DNA from: Basidiobolus meristosporus CBS 931.73
Taxonomy: Eukaryota; Fungi; Basidiobolomycota
Direction: 5' to 3'
Assembly: GCA_002104905.1 (NCBI GenBank)
Contig: MCFE01000183.1
Location: 1-64,000, forward strand
DNA length: 64,000 nucleotides
Positions within the stretch are counted from its first letter, which is position 1, and the number at the start of each line of letters is the position of its first letter. Made by a program: the position numbers and the translations under genes. Positions 57,906 through 64,000 of the stretch are shown here, piece after piece. Under the pieces are notes generated by a model. It was not told where the DNA came from and did not search any database. It saw only the letters and a list, made by a program, of their open reading frames with translations.

Positions 57906-60900
57906 TAAGGACACCATGTAAAGACCATTAATGAATAATTGCACGCTAGATTTCACAAAAAACTTGGTCAAAATTTTCATGATAACATTACATAAGTGGC
58001 TTTTGATTGGTCCTCTGCCAGCTCTCTCACTTTCTGATCCCAGACACTCAATCACCTCCTGCATTTGTGCATATTCATTTGCTATTGCTTCTTCTGACAC
58101 TCCTTACCTCCTGACTCAATCAATTTTCTGAAATTTCATGCATACTGATTGATTTATTTCTGTTAAACTTTGGTTGTACCTCCACTGCCAATGGTCTTAG
58201 CCTATAAAAGTCCCTATACCCACCACTAATATTGAGCCAAACCCCACACTCAACAATTAACTCCATTAAAATCCACCATTCAAAAAGTGTTTCTGTTGTA
58301 ACACCCTTATTCCATTACCTTGGCAGAAACCCCATGACTTTATGCCATTGTCCACTCACAGGTTTCCATATGTTCAGGCTTCCAGCCAGCACAGCAAGGT
58401 CTAGCACCTCAACTGCTAGTATTTGCAATAAATCCTTGCATTATTCAAGTGTGTTTTCTTGAGCACTGCTCCTGAAGAAGTGCTGCAACCTCTTGGTGTG
58501 CATATTAATGTTCTAAAATTACACTGTAGACATTATGATAGTTGTTTGAGCTCTTGGTGTTATTGCTTTGTCTGTCAGTTGGATCTCCACTCTGTCTATA
58601 ATTGAGGATGTGGAGGCAGTGGTAGACAAGTTACTATTCTCTGCTAACTCATCTACTCCACTGGAGTGTGGCTCAACTAGTTGCACTTCCAACACTTGAG
58701 AAAACAGCCAATGTCTTGCTGATATTCTTCTCAGCTATGATGTGATTTGGCCTGTTCTGGGTTGATGGCATTTATTGGTGAGAGCTGCAGCTTTTTTCTA
58801 ATGCTCCCTTGTCTCTGGGTTGGGTAAACCTTTTTCTCTTTACCTTTACCTTTTTCACTGCCAAGTCTTTCACTGCTATTTTGACTGAGTGCTTCTTATA
58901 TGCCACTCTGCTTTCTCCTAGATGAATGCTGCACTAGTGAATCTGTGTTTGCCTGTTATGCCCTTGCTGGCACCTCCTGGCAATCTAACATTTTTTAGCT
59001 ACTTGCTTGAAACTAACAACTCTACTTGTGATGGGCTCCTGAGAAAGCCAGGGGTTTTTATCACTTTCAAGTCCTTTACTGCTACTGTGACTGAATGCAT
59101 CTTGTATTGAACATGTTTTTTCCTTGATAAAAGTTCCACTGATGCATCTGGTTCTGCCTACCTGTCCCTAATTGGTACTCCTCTTGATGCCAGGAATTTC
59201 TTTGCTCCTGATTTGGAGCTTTAATCTCTGCTCATGACAAGTGCTTGAGGCACCTGGTTTTCAGCTCTGGCTTCCTTATTAATCTGCCTTTGATAGTTTC
59301 TGCCATTCCTGAGATATGTTTTGGCAAACAAATCCTGGCTGAAAATCCACTTGCTTTCTTGAATCTGGGATAATGCTCATGGAACAAGTTAAGTGCATTC
59401 TGCTGGGCCTTGAGTTCCTGATAGTCCCATGCTATGCCAGCCTTAAGATAATGCCATGCAAAACTTCTAAAGGCCTTTTGAATATTAGGACACTCTTGAT
59501 CATTGCACTCAATGGCTTCATGGATCTTCAATGTCACTTGATATTTAGGCTGGGGTATTATCACCCCAGTCTCTCCTTCCCATGCTGTGATGGTTTTTGT
59601 GGGCTTTATCTTTGGGCACCATGGTTGTGCTTCAAAGACTGTATGATGTTCCTCTGCTGTTACATCAGGAAATGAATCAATTCTTAGCTGTGACATTGAG
59701 CTTTTTCAGTACCTTTTTATGCAGCAAAGATACCAAGCTCTCTACCTGGGATATTGATTGCTCTCCACATTTGGCTTGTTATGTTAGATAGTTCCATATT
59801 GAGCCTTGGGTGCCAAAGAGTACCATTGTGTGCCAGAGAGGCATTGCAGACCTACTGTTGCCCACAGGATGTGAAGCATAGTTCTGCATTTTCATGCATA
59901 GCACCCCCTGTTTTTCACCTATTGTGCTGGAGAAAGTCCATTTTTTGACCTTTTTTTGGGATCAATGTTGTGCAAGGTGTGTAAGGGCACAAAAGGACTG
60001 AAGATATGTATCTAATACTCAATATCCAAGACACTCTGAATATAGTTTTTGTTACTTGTAACATGTCACAAAAATGCATGGCACTATCTTGGTCTGCAAA
60101 ATAGTATTTTTTAGATGTAGCCATGCTTGTTGCACTGAATTCCAAAGCAAGCTGTTGTCCAACTTTTCTTCTGCTGCTGTCAATGGTGGGGTTTGGTTGG
60201 GAACTAGATAACTCTGCATCATTATTTGGCAGCATATATATAAAAGTGAGTCCAACTTAAGGGGAAATAATATAACATACACATGTGTATGTGGTGCCAC
60301 AACTTTATCTATAATGCTTACCATGGCAGGTCATCATTGATGCTTATACACATGTAGGTGTAATGTCTCAAATACAAGACTGTCTTAAATTTACATGAGT
60401 ATTGATCAAAAAGTGAAATAATATTGTTATGTTGTTGAAGGTTAAACTGTTTGCCCCATGGACAGGACTACTTTGATTCAAAGCTGTAAGAGAAGAGAAG
60501 AGACCTTGTGGCTATTGTTACAAGCCTCCCAGCCACAAAGCATGCTGAGAGCATAGGAGGTATTATAAGGATCACTGACAGTGTTTTGCCACACATGTCA
60601 TACTTGACTATCCATTAGTCACCACTGTCCCAACAACATATTGCCTGTCACTTGATACTTCTACATTGGCACCTGGCCATATTTGTCACCTTATGCAAAC
60701 TGAGTCAGGTAGGCTTGTGATGCCTTTAGGCTTGCCTTAGCCTTCTGAATACAGTGCACAGTGCAATAGTTCTGAGCAAGAAGGCTTACTGATAGATTGT
60801 GAGCCTGTCTCCCCCAACAACATTGCCCTGCAGGTGCCTAACCAAATCTTAATATGTAATGTGACAACACCGGTAAAAAAATGCCAAGGATACTTTATAG

Positions 60901-63079
60901 CGCCAAGTAAGCCTAGTTATTCATCTGCTGGTAAATGATGTGAAGTTTTGGCTAGAAAAGTGGCATGCTTCCATAAATATCAGCATTTGGGGCTCTAAGG
61001 ACTTATTACTACTTCTTGACAATATTATTTGGGGATACAACTTACCATGCACATGATACAAATGAACAACTGTCATGTGACTGGCATCATATGACCCAGA
61101 GACTGTCCTGGCACCAGTATGTGCTAACAATTGCACTTCATTCACATCAGAAAGTGCCATCATTGCACGGTGTCCAACTTCTCCGGAATCTGCCACTATA
61201 GGAGGAAAGCCTTGTTCAAAATCTCAATATAATCCAGTAATATGCTATCTAAAGAAGCTCATGTAGTCCAGCAAATATTGTGAGTCTATAAAGTACCATA
61301 TTCAGTATCAGTCAAGCACAAACATTTCCAATATATCTGATGACACACATTACACACAGCTAAAAGCAAGGGTCACTTTGAAGGTATGCTTGACCATACC
61401 ATTGCCTTGGCACTTGATAGATTTATTTAAACAAGCACTCTACCAGCAAACCCTACTGGCCACTGATTCTCATCAGCCTCAATCTCCCACCTATCTCATA
61501 GTATCAGTGTAGAAATCTGATGGTAGTCTCACTGGTGTCTAGGCCCAAATCACCATCCAACTTGGACAGCTACCTGTGTCCATTGCTGGAGGAGCTTGTA
61601 CACTTTCAAGCAGAACACTACTAAATAGCCATCATATAAACGTGCATATTAGTATCTGTAATGGAGATACCCCAGCCATCAGCAAAATAGCAGGCTTTTC
61701 TGGTCACAATGGACAGTAATGCTGTCAGATGTGTAACCTCCAGGGAATTTTCTCTGTAACTCTCCCACACTATTATCATCCCAACACCAACACAAAGAAT
61801 ATCATCTCTACATGGAGGGAATGTACAGAAGTCAGCATGCAATTGCAGCAAAGCTGGCAAGCTTTGAACCATTGGCTGGAATATGGAATGAATTGGAAAC
61901 CAGAGTTTCTCAAGATAGTGGCTTTCTGTTGGAGAAAAGCCTTTCCACTGGGAGCAATGTATTTACTTCTCAATAATATACCTATACTAATAACAAAGTT
62001 GTATATGGAGCATTTCAAGCAGAATGAGCCTCTTGAAATAATAGAGAGCTTTGAAACAATTGGCAAGATATCACAAATTATCTGCTACCAGAGTACTTCT
62101 CATAGGCTCCAGTCAATATCAATATGCATATGCAACAATACAAATGTAAGGACTGGATGTACTGGACATATATTTAATCAAGTGGCCTTCTGAAGCCATC
62201 TTTACCAAGAAAGCATTGGAAGTATTGGGAGTTGTATTTTGACATTGTTGGAATATAAATCCAGAAGCACATCACCAATGCCAACTTGACACATCTACAG
62301 CTTTTATGCCAGGAGTTTGTAACAGGATTTGAGCAGCTATACTACAAGCATAAAGCTGAATGTCTAGATCTCTGCTGCTACTGTTTGTATTCTTCACTCC
62401 ATCTTGCTTGGTGTATGGAAAACATTGGGCCTTGCCTCACCTTTTGGGAGTTTCCTATGGGGCAGATGTTTGTGGTGATAGGAAGACAAGTCAAGTTGCA
62501 TGTACTACCACATCCTTATCTTATTGTAACTATTACCTTCAAGTCTGTCATGGATGTAATGAGCTGGCACATGGAGGACAGCTTGAAAGCATTGGAGAAT
62601 ACTGAGGACAGATGTGCACATGGAGACACCTCTGCCTTTGGCATACAGAAGCTAAGCAGCCCCAATGCATGGGTAATCAGTTAAGTAATATAAAGGTGGG
62701 GTGGGTGCAACAAGTAACCAACTTTTATTAGGACAGCTCTACTAAAGTATACTGGGCTTCTCCTGGTTAGCAGCCAATTTCTACACTACTCAATACACAA
62801 TTTGCACAAACAAGAGCCAGAGTACACCTATCAGGGTGGCTAAAATTCTGCAGGGTGAAGGAACTTAGTAGATAAATACCTAGAAGTTCTTGGCAGGTAT
62901 TCAGGTGGTATTTATGGCAAAAGTGGTGGTAATCCAGCATATGTTGGCAAGTTGTATATGTTACCAGCAATACAATGCATATGGCAACTTTGCAAGTATC
63001 ACACTAAAAAGCCATAAAGTTGAGGTTATAGAAGTGTGTCAATTACAGTGGGTGGGCATATATGTAAAAGTTAGTACGC
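57906..63079 (+). mobile_element. CMC-7, older: clipped right end, ORF2 on - (ATG 60235), transposase on + (ATG 60458), interrupted by LTR-A
   Basis: ORFs 59232-60235, 61729-62193 and 62286-62684 match the CMC-1 proteins. Confidence 0.82.
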
Positions 63080-64000
63080 TGTAGTGGGATGACAGTGACA
63101 TCCACTGACAGATGTGCTCATTCCCTTATTTCTACTTCCCTATATCTCTACTACACTTATTTTAGTTTTATCCCATTTGTCTTACCCAATCAGTACTATC
63201 CCATAAGCCAGTTGACTATCACACCTGCTTACCTTATTGCATAAGTTACCCCTCACTTTACATAAGATTACTAGCTATAAGTGGTTCTATATTAGGCAAG
63301 TACCCGCACCAGTACCCATGTCACCATCCCTACCATTTCCATACCATATATGGTATCCCTATGTTACACAGGTCTCAGAATACAGATTCCTGATTGGTTG
63401 GATGTGCTGTGCCACTTAGAACCTTCTGGCACCTACTTAGAGCATTCTTAGGTCATTCTGATGTCATTAAGATTTCTATAGATATCTGGAACCATCTAGA
63501 ATACCATGATTAGTAATCACTTAGCCAGTGAGAAAAGTATATAAGGGAGGCTATCCCTCAACAATAAATCATCATCCCTTTTATCAATATACCAACTTGT
63601 TGATTAGTGTGATCACTGCTACCTGCTGCTACCTGAACTTCCAGCCCCAGACCACAGGACACTCCCAGGAAACTGTGCTGACAGCCAACTGACCTTGGAG
63701 GCACTACTTGTGAGGAATACTTAGAGTAGGTATCATTTATTATATTTGATTCTTTCCGAAGTATGTTCTTGTACAGGCAAAGATACTTTTCTGTCTTTGT
63801 AACTATTGACCACAGCTGCATTCTTATCAAGTCCCTGCTGGTGGAGTTTGCAGTTGTTTTAACTTTGGAAGCTTTAGTAAATTGTCATCTCAAAGGACGC
63901 TGAACCCAGCACATACTTTTGCTAAGATGCCAACTAAATTGGGGATTGTAGCTCAATAGTTTTCCCTTGACAAGCTTGTGGCTTTATTCCCCATCACATT
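63080..64000 (+). mobile_element. Solo or terminal LTR family A, copy 3; runs off the right edge; left flank ACGC
   Basis: Reverse complement of 3290-4359; begins TGTAGTGGG; TATATAA at 63538, AATAAA at 63563. Confidence 0.9.

Noticed and set aside
53026-57908. piggyBac-like identity for the CCC-ended elements
   Set aside because: No TTAA duplication, and the transposase motifs are tnp2/EnSpm type.

Overview
This is eukaryotic, probably fungal, DNA (inferred from the transposase type and the yeast-type tRNA-iMet primer sites). It is AT-rich, visibly CpG-depleted and almost entirely nested transposable elements. I found no host gene, rRNA, tRNA or CRISPR array. Contents: (i) five degenerate Ty1/copia copies with 349-bp LTRs and a Ty5-type half-tRNA PBS, plus two copies of a related-LTR element whose internal sequence is not gag-pol; (ii) a chromodomain-less Ty3/gypsy family G (368-bp LTRs, 4-bp TSDs): one young full-length copy (36652-41587), two older interrupted copies and several solo LTRs; (iii) two large solo-LTR families, A (~1.07 kb, three copies, all at a CG-centred 4-bp site) and B (~1.21 kb, two inverted copies with a CCCCTTTAG array); (iv) about seven copies or fragments of a CACTA/EnSpm (CMC)-like DNA transposon with CCCC-type termini and two divergent genes, a tnp2-type transposase and an uncharacterised ORF2; (v) small solo LTRs and a possible MITE. 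The best leads are CpG-directed integration by LTR-A, the two-gene divergent CMC element, the copia-LTR element with unknown cargo, and self-nesting of family G. Identities are hand estimates and no database search was run.
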